From Octopus vulgaris (taxonomy: Eukaryota), in contig OX597816.1 of assembly GCA_951406725.2 (NCBI GenBank), positions 96,968,001 to 97,032,000 of the forward strand: a stretch of 64,000 bases of DNA. The letters run 5' to 3'. The translations under genes were made by a program, and so were the position numbers. This document shows, piece by piece, positions 27,189-41,675 of the stretch (position 1 is its first letter; each line of letters opens with the position of its first letter). Below the pieces are notes generated by a model, which was not told the origin of the DNA, made no database searches, and saw nothing but the letters and a program-made list of their open reading frames with translations.

Positions 27189-27814
27189 CATCTCCAACGA
27201 TACAAATAGCATGAAATAACTAAACAACGAGTAAAAATGGAAAACAGGACAAGTTAAAACAGAGCAAGAGCCTTTCACCAGTTGTCTGCTGTCTATCTAC
27301 TCCTCATTTCGAGCATCCAACGACAATATAAGTCTTCAAAGAGATTTACTCTCATAAATTCTAAAATAATACTTAGGATTTATGCAGGGCCAAAGTTGGG
27401 AACAAAATATAACAGTGGAGACATAAAGGAAACCGAAAAAAAGCGAACATGGAGTGTCGTTAGTCAAGAACAAGAGGAAAATAGTGAACGCTGGGAGAAA
27501 CAGTTTTTTGAAACGAGAAAAGATTGGAGCGAGCGAAAAAATAACGTCCATTCATTTAAACGTCCGTGCAAGAAAAAAAAGATGGTTATGTGGGGAAAAG
27601 AAAGACGAGCGATGGGCACGTGTGAGCCATGAGAGAGAAAGAGACAGGAGGAGAGAGTGAAGAAGGAGGTCCTTTCTCTGTTAACTTGTCCTGTTTTGCA
27701 TTTTTCTCGTTGTTTACGTATTTCATGTTATTTGCACCGTTGTTTACGTCCTGTACCTATATATGCAGGTATATATATATATATATATACATATACACAT
27801 ACATATATACATAT

Positions 27815-27846
<32 letters not shown>

Positions 27847-27851
27847 GTATA

Positions 27852-27911
<60 letters not shown>

Positions 27912-27928
27912 CACATACATATATACAT

Positions 27929-27962
<34 letters not shown>

Positions 27963-28680
27963 CTATATATGTATATATATATCTATCTATCTATATATAT
28001 ATATATATATAATTTATAATGTATTATTTAATTGATCGCGACGCAAATAAGTTTATTTCCAAGTAAGTTTATCTTCCCCTTTTTGATTCTACCCTCTATT
28101 CTGAACTGTTTTCTTCGTCCATTCTTCTCTAATTCCTTTTCCTCCTCTCTGTGCCGTTTTCTATCTGTCGCTCTTTCTCTTCTCTCTCTCGTTGCGCAAA
28201 CGTGACTATCGTCCATCTTTCTTTTCATCACGTGACCATCTTTCTTTTCCTGCACGGGCGTTTAAACGATTGGATGTTTTTTTCTCCCTCTCTTTTATCT
28301 TTTCTATTTTCAAAAAAAAAAAAGAAATTTTTTTTCCCAGCGTTCACTATTTTCCTCTCGTTCTGTTCGTTTTGTTCAATTTCCTTGACTGTCTCCACCG
28401 TAATTTATTTTTTCCTAAATTTGACCCTCCATAAATCCAAAATTTTAATTTAGAATTTATGGAAGAAACTGTCTTTGAAGCCTCATATTGCCGGTGAATG
28501 CTCGAAATGAGGAGTAGATAGACAGCCGACAAATTATGAAGGGCCCTTTCTCAGTGTTAACTCGTTCTGCTTTCCATTTTTTGTCGTTGTTTACGTATTT
28601 CATTCGTTTTCCACCTGTCTGTTAACTTATCTCTTGGTATTTGCACCGTTGGTGACGTCCAGCAACCAAATGTGCATGTA
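27185..28680. repeat. Two diverged copies of one ~500-bp repeat in opposite orientation; the first also has an inverted terminal copy
   Basis: 27215-27630 is the reverse complement of ~28190-28605 (e.g. gctgtctatctactcctcatttcgagcat / atgctcgaaatgaggagtagatagacagc). 27190-27278 is the reverse complement of ~27660-27745. Confidence 0.85.
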
Positions 28681-28740
28681 TATATAATATATATTATTTA
28701 TCATTTATTATGTGTATATATATATGTATATATATATATG

Positions 28741-28801
<61 letters not shown>

Positions 28802-28811
28802 AAGAATAAAA

Positions 28812-29230
28812 ATGGCGTTTTAATAAGATTAAAGCTAATAATAATATACCATTATTATCATTTACAGAAGTGTAAAGCTCGACACCGCTTAACAAAACCA
28901 TTCGCACCGAAAGCATACAAAGTTTGTTTACAAAACAACTACGAACGAATATACTTCTTAAATTTGACAGAAAGAAGCAGGCTGGTGCGCTAGTGTAATC
29001 TGTAACATACTTAGTTGTGTTAAGAAAGTCATGTGGGATCGTGTTCCAAGCGTACAGGAAAACCTACTTTTTCTGTCGAGGGCTTATATCCCCCATTATT
29101 AGACTATTTTCCGTAGTTATTTGCATGGTGAACGCCATAAGCTTGAAGCTTATAAAATACCATTTTTATTATTTGGAGAAATGTAAAACTCGACACCTTT
29201 TAACAATGCCATTCGCACTGAAAACATATA
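28812..29230. repeat. Element with ~105-bp diverged direct terminal repeats between (TA)n tracts
   Basis: ...tgtaaagctcgacaccgcttaacaaaaccattcgcaccgaaagcata (28870-28917) vs ...tgtaaaactcgacaccttttaacaatgccattcgcactgaaaacata (29182-29228). Confidence 0.7.
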
Positions 29231-29771
29231 TATATAAATATATGTATATATATAATCTTCTGGCGAACCTTCCCACCTGTACTACATTCCACCCGCTCAC
29301 TTTTGATGATGCAATTTTTCGTCTTTTCTTCACAGTCTTGGAGGCGCTGTAACGGGATCATCGACTCTGCCTGTCTCCTGACTAACAAAGAAAAGGAAGG
29401 AAAGAAAATAAAAACTATTAAGGTAGCTATAAATCCGAGGCATTAACATTTCCCGACGATCTCTTCAGGCACTGGTACATTTGCAACTAAGTAAAGTGTA
29501 CGCCGGAAAGATTGTACTTCTTCAGAATCAATAAGTGCACACTCTTAACTGGCAAGGGTTACATGCAGGACGATTCTACTGCTACATACGGAGACATCTC
29601 GGATCACATCAAATTAAGGACAGCTGACTGACTTACATGAATCCGCACATCCAACAGCCCACCCCGACATCTGATCACAGATGTGCTTTATCTTTTCAAT
29701 GATGCAACAGTGATCTGTTTTGGGGGTCACCTATGGCTGTGGAACCTCTAACTAGGCACACATACACACAT

Positions 29772-29807
<36 letters not shown>

Positions 29808-29837
29808 GGGACAAAGAATTTAGATCCTTTTCGACTC

Positions 29838-30066
29838 ATATAGACTCATAGGGCCGGTTTCTTGGTTTCCCGGTTTCCATGGTGCATATATTATCCCCCT
29901 GGACGGGACGGCGGTCCATTGTAGGATTATTTATTTTGCCTGTTAAATGGACTAGAACAATGTGAAATGAAGTATTTTGCTCAATAACAAACGCGTCACT
30001 CCGTACAGGAATCGAAATTACAATCTTACGATCATAAGTCCAACACCCTGACTACTAAACCGCCTG
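29838..30066 (-). mobile_element. SINE (third family)
   Basis: cataggggccggtttc...ggacgggacg...gtgaaatgaagtattttgctcaa...ggaatcgaa...caccctgactacta; tRNA-like head on the minus strand; core shared with 31580-31660. Confidence 0.6.
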
Positions 30067-30509
30067 CTCAACATTACAACAAACGTTGACATGCTATTGT
30101 TCAAACGGAAGACTAACTGTGAGGACAACGACTGCTACCACAAGCAGTACGAAGTTTATACGTACTGACCTTGCAATGGATGCAGCGAATATAAAAATAA
30201 TTATATGTACTTCCTCCATCCCATATTCTACTGCATAATCACCACGTTTTTCTGTTTTTTTTTTTTGTTTCCTTGGTGAAATAGTTCTTAGTCTTTTCCG
30301 CGATAATTTGATCTTTTATACTTCTAATGTTTTTCCTTTCCTTTCTTCCTGTAAAAATATGTTGTTAAATAAAAACTGTCCGTAAAGAAAAATGTTAAAT
30401 GTATATGATGTACATGTGTTTTTGAGTGAGTTTTTATGTGCACATGTGTTTCCGTACATAACTTTTTCTATATTTATATATGAAATATTAAATATATTCA
30501 TAAAATACC

Positions 30510-30578
<69 letters not shown>

Positions 30579-30619
30579 ATATTTATGTACATGTATACAT
30601 AAACATATATACACACACA

Positions 30620-30700
<81 letters not shown>

Positions 30701-31030
30701 GTGTGTATATATATATAATGTATGTATGTATGTAGGTATATATGTATGTATGTATGTATACAAGCACACACATACCCACGCACACACATATTTCATAAGT
30801 ATTGAAATAAATTTGAATATGAGAAAGCCATTAGCAGGGATTAAGATGTATATAATATAAGAATAGAAAAGCATTTCTTGTATACTTAACATTTCTTATA
30901 CACTTCTTCACCAGCTAATGGCTTTTTAATATTTAAATTTATTTCAGTATTCCTGATTCACGCTGTGTTGGGCATAAAATATCTATGAATCTAATGTGTG
31001 TGTATGTCTGTGCACTGGATTGTGCATCTA

Positions 31031-31161
<131 letters not shown>

Positions 31162-31177
31162 ATATATATATATATAT

Positions 31178-31209
<32 letters not shown>

Positions 31210-31407
31210 CTTGAGTAATGTCGCCGCTACTTGTTACTAGTTAAACATTTTAAAAATTCATGTTTACAACATTAATATGATGAAATGCATTGATGGCTAA
31301 AACAGGCGATCGCCAGAAAATAAAATCAGATCACATATATGCTAGTAACTGTACATACACTCACATATATATTCATATATATATGTATATGTATAACTGT
31401 CACTCCA

Positions 31408-31665
31408 TCAGTTACGACGGCAAATATTGCAGTTGATCCGATCAATGGAATAGCCTGCTCGGCACTCCACAGACACGCGTATCCTTAACGTAGTTCTTAA
31501 GGATATTCCGCGTGACAAAGAATGTGACAAGCTGGCCCTTTGAAATATAGATGCTATTTCTTTTTGACAGGTGAGTGAACTGGAGCAACGTGAAATAAAG
31601 TATCTCGCACAAGGACACAACACGCTGCCAGGAAACGAACTCATGGCCTTAAGATTGTGAACCGA
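31408..31665 (-). mobile_element. SINE
   Basis: gagcaacgtgaaataaagtatctcgcacaaggacacaacacgc...ggaaacgaactc core. Confidence 0.6.
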
Positions 31666-33491
31666 AACATAGATTTTAGTAGGAATTAAAGATAAACCAC
31701 AAGGCACGCCATAACCCATTAATTTGATTGCGGTTCTATGGAGCTCTAATCAGAGAATATTACCCATACCTCATCATGCGTGTAGCAATATTTCCATTTA
31801 TCTCACCCAATAGTTGATACACCACCTGAATGCGCAAATGCTGAAACATAGATAAATCGACTATATCTCAACTTTCGTCATTTCAATAACCTTTCCACAG
31901 TTTGTCCATCATTTGTGCGCTCCGTGGTTCAGGAAACATTCGCATCTTGTAAGAGTCTGGCTCTATTTTCTGTTCAGTGAATTTATCTGCTTTTTATTGC
32001 TCGTTATCTTTTTCAAACCATATGTCCTCATTTAACCTGACTTACCTCATACGGAGTTGCTAATCCATCATGTTGATATAGCCAGTTTGAAAATGGCGAA
32101 ATAAATTCAATATTCCAGCCAGGAAACCATAGGTAGCTGCATATCACGTTTCTTTTTCGTGTGGTTTTTAATAATGATATATCTATTAACTGTATTTCCT
32201 TTGGACACATGCTGGTGTAATGCCGCTTTCAGTGAATAGTAAAGAGAAAGCATTAAAACAAAAATTATTGGTATTATACAAATCTGGGAAACAATAGAAA
32301 TCAGCACCGGAAGAAATGTTGAAAATATCGAGAAGTCTGTAATGATATTTTCCATGATATAAAAAGTACAGAAAGTATTTGATACACATACATACGTACA
32401 TACATGCATACATATATGTGTACGTAGGTACATGCATACAAGTATGTATGTACGTACGTACGTATGTATGTATGTATGTATGTATGTATGTATGTATGTA
32501 TGTATGTATGTATGTATGTATGTATGTATGTATGTATGTATGTACGTATCTCTCTCTTTCTCACTCACTCGCCCTCTCGCTTTCACTCACACACACGCTC
32601 TCTCTCTCTATATATATGTCTATGTAAATGTGTATGCATATATATAGATGTATATATGTGTGTGTGTGTGTATGTATATGTATGTGCATGTGTATATATG
32701 TGTGCATGTACATATATGTATATATAGCTGCGTATATAGATACTATATATGAATATATCTATGTTTGCACGTGTGAGTATGCGCGCGGGTGTGTGTATGT
32801 GTGCGGTCGCACGCGTGCGCGTGTGAGTGAGCTCCATTGATACTTCTTGTTTCCTCCATTGAGATAGTGGTAAGGCATCTATATAGCTGCTAATTTATTT
32901 ATATAAGAATTGATGTAAGTCTAATTGTACAACTAATTGGGTGTGAAATAGTATTCGCAGAGAAAATACAAAATGAAATTGGAAAAAAAGAAATAAAACG
33001 AAGCTTGTGTTCTACTGGATTTCATGTCATTCACATAGAGATGGTATGAAGGTTTTTAAGCTTGTACTTCAGCTTATTAAGGTAGAAAGAGAATAATTCA
33101 GTACATCTGATCAATATTTTGGTTTGATGTTTCTCTCGATCAATAGCTTTTCCAGAGTGCAGAGTCTACAGAAATCATTTGATTGAGTATGAATTGATAC
33201 TTTATCTAAGAGTTATCATTTAATGACATGGGAAATATTTTTTATTTTTCTTCAAATATATACGTGTTGATTTCTAGTTTTGTGTCCAATCGTCTTTGTA
33301 ATGTTGTAAATGTAGGGGTACGCCGATGAAATCGACAGTTAAATTGGTTCCCAGTTCTATGTATATAATCAACGCCATTTTGGTTAATTGGTTGCATATA
33401 AATGTATTTGTATGCATGAATATATATGTACGTATATATACATATACATACACACACACACACGCACGCACACACATATACATATATGTAA

Positions 33492-33552
<61 letters not shown>

Positions 33553-33649
33553 TAGATACATACATAGATAGAGATATAGATATAAATAAAATTTATGTAG
33601 ACAGTGTGTATTGATTAGGTATATAATTTGAGAGACACAATTGGAAGAA

Positions 33650-34055
33650 TCACCAACTAAGCACCAGGAATAATTCTGCAGCCTGGTTTGATTGATCCCG
33701 TAAACCTCATGTAGGAAGACTCATTGATGGTGCATTTAAAATAAAAATAATATATATAAGAAAACCCTAGGTTAGCATTTTGGACAACAGTGCACCAGTT
33801 ATAAGCCGCTTTACGCGCATCACTGGTTAACACGTATACATACATAATTTGATAACGTTTGCTACTGCCCTTCTATTTGAACTAAAAACCAATTATTACT
33901 AAGAGCCATATATTTTGCAAAACTATTTAGTACTATCACTGATAATGATGTACAAATAGTAATAAATATCAAGAGGCCGATCCTTTTCTTTAATAAAACA
34001 CGAATGGAAAAGAATATCGCTATTTGGTCTAATCAAGGGTGCCAAAAATTTACTG
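33650..34055 (+). mobile_element. Naiad-like PLE RT fragment (part 1 of a fragmented element)
   Basis: FDNVCYCPSI*..LLLRAIYFAKLFSTITDNDVQIVINIKRPILFFNKT resembles the Naiad motif A region FDI..FYPSI..LL.KAI.FAK...RKSILF. Confidence 0.65.
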
Positions 34056-34069
34056 GAAAGTTAAAATAT

Positions 34070-34917
34070 ATACAGAGTGCAGTTCAAAAGTTTTTATCAG
34101 TGGATACAGTTATTAGTTACAAAAGTACAAAACTCTGATCTCTTTCATGAAGGCTCCATGGAATTCTTCCAAAATAAAGGTGTCCTTGTCAGAGCTCTTT
34201 TCATCTTCTCAATGTCTTCAAAACGACTGCTCCTGGAATTCTCTTTCAGCTTCGAAAGCAACCAAAAGTCACGAGGAACAAGGTCTGTAGGGAGGGTGAA
34301 GAACAGTTTTGATGCCTATCTCTGTCTAGTTGGTGGTTACCTGGATGTTTGTCACAGAGTACGTTTGGAACAAACTTTGAAGAAATCTTACGTATGTTTA
34401 GATCTTCATGAATAATTCTGTGTATCGTTACCACACCAACTCCAAACTGTATGCTTTTGTCTTTATAGACACACAATGGTCTTCATCCAGAAAATTGTAA
34501 ATGATCGCAACCAGTTTTGATATTCTGACATCCCTCTCTCTTCCATACCCCTCATCGTCTCTCACCTACTTTCTTTCGAACTTGAATCTCTTGCATCAAC
34601 AAAAGCGTTAAGTTATAAAGAGTCAAGAACATTTCCCAATGTAGCATTTTGCTCTCAGTTTAACACAAAACTTTTAATTGCACAGTGAGCTCCTAAACGC
34701 ACCGACTGCATCGCGCAATCTAGTCAGCTGTGACAAGCAGTGTATAGTAGGGTGTGTTCAAAGTGTTCTTACAACCGTTTCGTTCAGTCTGGAATAACGA
34801 AGTTGGCAGATCAGTTTATTAGAAGTATAGTAATGATACACTAAAATTACAATAAGTTAAGACAGTTATAACTGTCTCTCTTTAAAACGTCTCAAAATTT
34901 CTGGAACGCACCTCCTA
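34070..34917 (-). mobile_element. Internally deleted mariner transposon
   Basis: TIHRIIHEDLNIRKISSKFVPNVL (HTH and WVPxxL-like) and IKTVLHPPYRPCS-DFWLLSKLKE (decayed YSPDLAPCDF); degenerate TIRs tacagagtgcagttcaaaagtt / aatttctggaacgcacctccta. Confidence 0.8.
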
Positions 34918-35160
34918 TATCGTGAATTGCTTTGTTGTCAACGAAGGAATTTCTAAAAAACGCTCTCCAAAAAAAATTAAACGGCAGCATGAAAGTAAGA
35001 TCAGGAATGAGATCCAACCAAATTATTCCTCTTCCTAAACCCAAATATTAATTATCAACTTGACTACAGTAAATTTTTTACATGTCACATGTAATCTTAT
35101 TAACGAAAGATCTATCCATATATTAAAAAACATGTTTCAATATCATATACTGATCAGAAG

Positions 35161-35372
35161 AAGGCGGCGAGTTGGCAGAATCATTAATACACCGGACAAA
35201 ATGCATAGCGGCATTTTTCTGGCTTTGTATTCTGATTTCAAATTCCACCGAGATCGACTTTCCTTTTCATCCTTTCGGGCGGGGTCATAAAATAAGTAAT
35301 AGTTGTGCATTGGCGTCGATGTAGTAGACTAGCTCCCAAAATTCAGGCCTTGCACCTATAGTAGAAGTAATT
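35161..35372 (+). mobile_element. SINE (second family)
   Basis: aaggcggcgagttggcagaatc...ccggacaaaatgc...ttcaaattccaccgagatcgacttt...caggccttgcacctatagtagaa. Confidence 0.75.
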
Positions 35373-36601
35373 ATATATAAACTACAATTCGAACAGCGCA
35401 CAGTATTCTTATAAAATATCCCTAGTAGCCTGACTAAGCGAATTTCAAAAACCTCTTCTGTTGAAGTATGATTCAATACAATCATTAATGTTGATGCTTC
35501 AAAGAAATCGTAAAACATTAAGTATACATACAAACTAGTAGTAGAACATGAAATAAAGATCACGTGGTATAATACACCATTTTTGAGAGACAAAGCCACT
35601 CTATGTCTAGTAAGAATTCATTTTCCCCGGACAGGAAAATCTTTAATACAAATTCGCATATAAATAGGCTACTCAACAATAACGAAGTTTGCCAGTATTG
35701 TGACATACATGAATAATAAAAAATAATGAAAATTTTAAATCACCAGAATACAACCAATGGAACACAGATTTGTAATTGTCACGCTTAAAGTGTATATCCA
35801 GTGAACGGAAACTGTCTGGAGTAACCCAGACAGTTTACAATAAGCAAAACGGCATTGATTGTATAGACATGGCTGCGAACCAATTTTAGATCTGGGTTGA
35901 TCAACAGAGTCATATATCTACAGCATTACAAATAAGAGAGAACACAAATCTAGCTGCACAAATATGATTTTTGAAGAATAAAAATGTATTCTGTTTCATT
36001 GAATTGCAACTTTTAGGTGAAACGCCGACATATACGCAATCAAAGACTTTTTGTAGTCTTTGTAACTGGAAATTTTTTAAACTTTGAAATAACAAATGAA
36101 AATATTGAATTAATCTCTGTAGGCCGTCATATGCAAAGATACTTAAGTGGTGCCCAGAATTCCAATAGAACACATACTTCCTTTTCTTTTTTGCTTTTAT
36201 ATTTTTTACGTTTTTATTTGTTATTTTCTGTGAATTTCCCGTCTGGTTACTAATAAAGTTAAAGCTACCACATTTCTTAAATTAATTAGAACTTCCCCAG
36301 GAACATTAACGCTATTCCAATAGAGAGAAGATGAAATCCAATCAAACACGTATTTTGCTTTCTTTTTGTACTTTCTATTCTATCTTTACTTAAGATACTA
36401 CAGTATACACTAGAGCAGTAAAGTTAACAGGATCCCCTCCCTCTCTTTAATAAGCATGTGCGCGTGCACAATCACATTCACACAAGTAGACACATGTACA
36501 CACTCATACGCACACATATATGTGTGTGTAGAAGCAGACGCATCTACACACTCCTATACACATACACACACACACACATATATATATATACATATATATA
36601 T

Positions 36602-36650
<49 letters not shown>

Positions 36651-36854
36651 TTAATGTGTGTGTGTGTATGTATGTATGTGTGTGTGTGTAAGAATGAATA
36701 ACAGACGAACATAAGTAGTACGCAGCACACATATATATTATATAGTCGGAATTGTATGTATTGAGTAACAGGTTAACTTGTGTTAAAGTTTCGTGAACAA
36801 GAAATCATGACCATCTCCTCGAATATTTAGAAGCAAAGTGAAGAAAACTAAAAT

Positions 36855-37200
36855 GGCTTCTTTTCCTCCAATTCAACCTAAATTTTCCTAGCAATATAAT
36901 CAAGAGCTTCCTGACTTTAGTAAAGCAACATTTATGTAGATTGTATAGATACCATAAACATTACAATTCCATGATATTAATGTCAGCAACTCATGTTTAG
37001 GCAACATTGCGTCAAGCATCGTAAGGTATAGTAGATGCAAAAACCTAACCAATCTACCCTCCCACACTATCCTCTACAACTGAAGAAATCCTGCAGACTA
37101 TCACCGAACGCAGTGGTTTATATATCCACACTCACGCCACTCGATAGTGTTACGAAATACTATACGGACATGACGGCTAACGACTTTAAGGAAAGATATT
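36855..37200 (+). mobile_element. Naiad-like PLE linker and GIY-YIG fragment
   Basis: NKSFLTLVKQHL; NVSNSCLGNIAS; NAVVYISTLT...KYYTDMTANDFKERYS. Confidence 0.65.
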
Positions 37201-37202
37201 CG

Positions 37203-37560
37203 CTTCTTACTTGTACTTGTGACGGCGTTCACCCAGGGCGGGTTGAGCCGGCTTCTTCTCTGGTCCTGACGGCATCACGAACCATGGCGGCCTACGCTCG
37301 ACAGTCCTGTGCGAGGTCACTGGAGATAGCGAGCCATTCGTGGTTCCATCTGCACAGACCGACCACCTGCGAACCTGAGAGTTCGGAGAGGTCCTCCTAT
37401 ATTGTCGTTGCCCAGGTCTTCAGCTGCCTGCCTATGCGTTTGCGCCAGTTGGGAAGTGGAGGTGGGAGGAGGACATGGCAAATCAGCTCGCCCTATGGAC
37501 GCCGGGCCGCATGACCGAACCACCTGAAGCATCGTTGTAGAAGCACCGAAGGGAGGGGCC
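37203..37560 (-). mobile_element. RTE-like LINE 3' end with (CAAGTA)n-like tail
   Basis: Minus strand reads RCFRWFGHAARRP.GELI...WRKRIGRQLKTWATTI.EDL...DLAQDCR..AAMVRDAV; GC-rich; tail acaagtacaagtaag. Confidence 0.8.
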
Positions 37561-38655
37561 GGAGATTCAGGCGATGACGAAGACCGGCTGTAAGAACCCG
37601 ATCAATGCGTCGGCAGCGAAGAATGCAGCGGAGACAGTCATTCGCTTCATATGTACATCATCAGATGTAGGGATTGAAGAAACTCTACCGCATTGTTCCG
37701 CTTTGTTTGGAGATTCCAGGATACAGAAATACCTTACCCAGCATCAAATGATGTATAATCGACAGGGTCCCACCTGGGTCGGCCGAAACTCGCAATCACA
37801 AACTCTGTCTCCGAAAAACGCAGCACAATAATAGCGGGTTCAATCCAATAATATAAAGACCGACGTTTTATATTGTTCTTGTAGATAATACCCACTTTAG
37901 ATGTATTTCAAATTATTGATACCCGATTATTCCGCAAAGCCACCCATAGACCCAATTATATTATACTTGTTGTCCATGCAAAGACTGCGATCTCTGCCTT
38001 TTCTGCAACTCAATGATTCAGGAGATACATCAACCACATCTACGACAAGTGCCACAGAACTGGCATTCATCTGTTCTTTCTAAATTATAACTACGTTCAC
38101 ATGACCATAACTGATTGTCGGGTGTTAAAAGCAGGAAGCAATTCTCACCAACCATGCCTTCAACAATGATGTCGCTGACGCATCAAGTGCCACACTTTGA
38201 TGACTACAAAAAATCTTTTGTGAACCTTAAAAACACTACAAAATTAAAGTCGTGACCCGAATTTGGCATATTTGTTTATTTTATTTCCACGTCCGACTGA
38301 ACCTTAAACAAGAAAAAAAAAACCCACCGTATCAAACGAAATTATCATCTCACCATATTTTCCCTCCTATCTACCTATATTACCCCACTTCCTACTCAGC
38401 CACTTTCACTGTCAGCTTTACATCATACTTAATTGTCAGTCACATGGGCCCACTTATGCGTACCAACCAACCAAATCTACCTATGAACATATAAATTCTA
38501 TAAAAATCAATGTAATTAACGCTTTGATGTAGGCGAACCAAAACATTTCGAAGTTACTGTCAACGGTTTCTCTGTAAAAAGTAATACATGTATGTATGTA
38601 TGTATGTGCGCACATACGCATGAAACACAAACACATATACATACATACATACGCG

Positions 38656-38734
<79 letters not shown>

Positions 38735-38735
38735 G

Positions 38736-38780
<45 letters not shown>

Positions 38781-38929
38781 TTATCTTTCTATTTATCTGT
38801 GTATATGTATAGCTGAGATATACAGGTACATATATACACAGATATGTGTGTCTGTGTGTGTGTGTATGTACGTGTGTTTGTGTGCGTTTGTGTGTGTAGT
38901 GTGTGAGTGTGTGTGTGTGTGTGTGTGTG

Positions 38930-38965
<36 letters not shown>

Positions 38966-39382
38966 CGTGCGTGTATGTCTTTGCTCGTAACTATGTATGT
39001 GCACTGTTTCAGAAGTTCTACTGATTGTATCTACAAAACACATCATAAACTGTATGTGTCTCAGAGCGTTCACAAAATCCCTTTTATGTCGTTTGATATT
39101 GTTTATCACAGGGACCCCTAAAACCTTCAAAAACGTCGCACCGTGTAGACGCATATTAATGGTGTTTTATGTTTATCTCTAAATTTTATCTCTCTAACGT
39201 ACTGTTTTGTATGTCAGTTTGTTTGTTTAATTAGCTCTTTCTTTTGTCATAGCTTATTTCACTTCTTTATATCCAATTCATTATGCCTGTCTTTGTCTCT
39301 TTCTAACTTCGTCTCTTCATATGTATGAATATATGTCTGTATGTACGTATATAGACACAGGAATATATATATATATATGTAG

Positions 39383-39437
<55 letters not shown>

Positions 39438-39457
39438 TATACATATATATACATATA

Positions 39458-39499
<42 letters not shown>

Positions 39500-39511
<12 letters not shown>

Positions 39512-39708
39512 TATACATATATATGTATATATGCGCACGTACATATATATACTTATACATATATGTATATGAATATACACAAACACATATATACATACAT
39601 ATAGATATATATCTATGTATATCTATGTATGTATATATATAAATTGTACATATATAAAGATATATATGTGTTTGTATATGTGTATCTATATACACGCATA
39701 TCTATATA

Positions 39709-39755
<47 letters not shown>

Positions 39756-39955
39756 TATACATATATATGTATATATGCGCACGTACATATATATACTTAT
39801 ACATATATGTATATGAATATACACAAACACATATATACATACATATAGATATATATCTATGTATATCTATGTATGTATATATATAAATTGTACATATCTA
39901 AAGATATATATGTGTTTGTATATGTGTATCTATATACACGCATATCTATATATGT
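39500..39955. repeat. Tandem duplication (period ~244 bp) of a complex TA-rich microsatellite
   Basis: Marker atgcgcacgtaca at 39531 and 39775 with identical downstream interruptions. Confidence 0.9.
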
Positions 39956-39974
39956 ATATATATATATATAAGTG

Positions 39975-40012
<38 letters not shown>

Positions 40013-41012
40013 CATATATATATATATAAATGTATATATATAAATGTATATATATAAATGTATATATACACACACACATATATATATATATATATAAATA
40101 TATATATGTGTGTATGTTTATATATATATATATATCATATGATATAATCTATCAATTATCATACCTCACAATTTCAAGTTTCACATCCAGCAAATACTAA
40201 GCTAACACCACTCAATATACATCAACATACTGTTAAAATATATTAGGTATTTACAATGCACCAAACGTACGGTTACGATCCTTTCATGCTAACAAACTAT
40301 ATTATAGAAAAGTAAACGACAAAATCAAATACAAGAAACAAGAAAAGTCGAAGGGTCATTCACAATTAATATTATTAAGTTGAATAGTGACTTCGAAATG
40401 GTTTGGTTCACCAACATCAAATTGTGAATTACTTGCTTTTATTCATTTATATATTATAGTGCGAGAAATAAGTGGGGCCTCATGAATTGTAATTGGGTAC
40501 AATGTAAGGAGACAGTAGATGTAGTTGATTAGGAATTCGGGTGATAGAGGGGGATAAGTGGAAATTTATAATGTTAAAATATAGCGTTTCGAACATAGTG
40601 CTTCTTTGAATATACAGAGAAAAGTCCATGTAAAATGGTACATGGACAGAGGAAAAGTTATAAGAAAGGAAATGTGACACAGGGACAGAAGTGCGCGGTA
40701 ACTGAAACCTCTTTATCGCAACCCAAACTAAAGCTTAATTACCACCCCGCACAAACCCACATACTGAAGGAAGATTTGAACTTAGTAAAGACTATATTAA
40801 GCCAAGATTAACTTCAATACATCACGATGGCTTAGTTGGCCGAAACATTGAAGTAAGTCGCAGTCAATAATATTCTTGTTTAAGAATAATAAGTTTGTAC
40901 TCTACAGAAGCATCAAGTAAGCCATCAGATGAATATAAAATTGTTTTTTTATTATAATGAACATGAAAGAAAACATTATCTTATCTGTCTCTCTGCCTGT
41001 CTGCCTCTCTGT

Positions 41013-41139
<127 letters not shown>

Positions 41140-41675
41140 GCTCTCTCTATCTCTATCTATCTATCATATATGTGTGTGTGTGTTTGTGTGTTTGCACACA
41201 CACATACGCATACATGTATATTTGTATACATGTAAGTACATGTCTTGTATGAATCACGTATGCACAGATGCTCGTATATTTAAATGACATTATTCAACGA
41301 AATTAAGTAGAGTTGAATGAGATTTCTCCAGAGCTGTGTGACTACATATTTTACGCTTGTACTTCATCTCACGTGTAGCCCCGCATAGTAATTTGAGTGT
41401 TGCGTCAAAAAACATTTGAATAGATCTTACACACACATATGCATACTTATACACACATATTCTCAAGCACGCATGTACATATTGATATGTATATAATAGA
41501 TAAACCTAGATAAACGTAGTAATAAAATGTAGTTCATCTAAGGTTGATGTTAAATAAATAAGAGTGCACAATGGTTGACGTCTTGATATTTCGTTATCCT
41601 TTCTCTTAGAACATTGTTTAACTAAAGACATCAATATATATATGTATATAATATGTATATAATATATGCATATAT

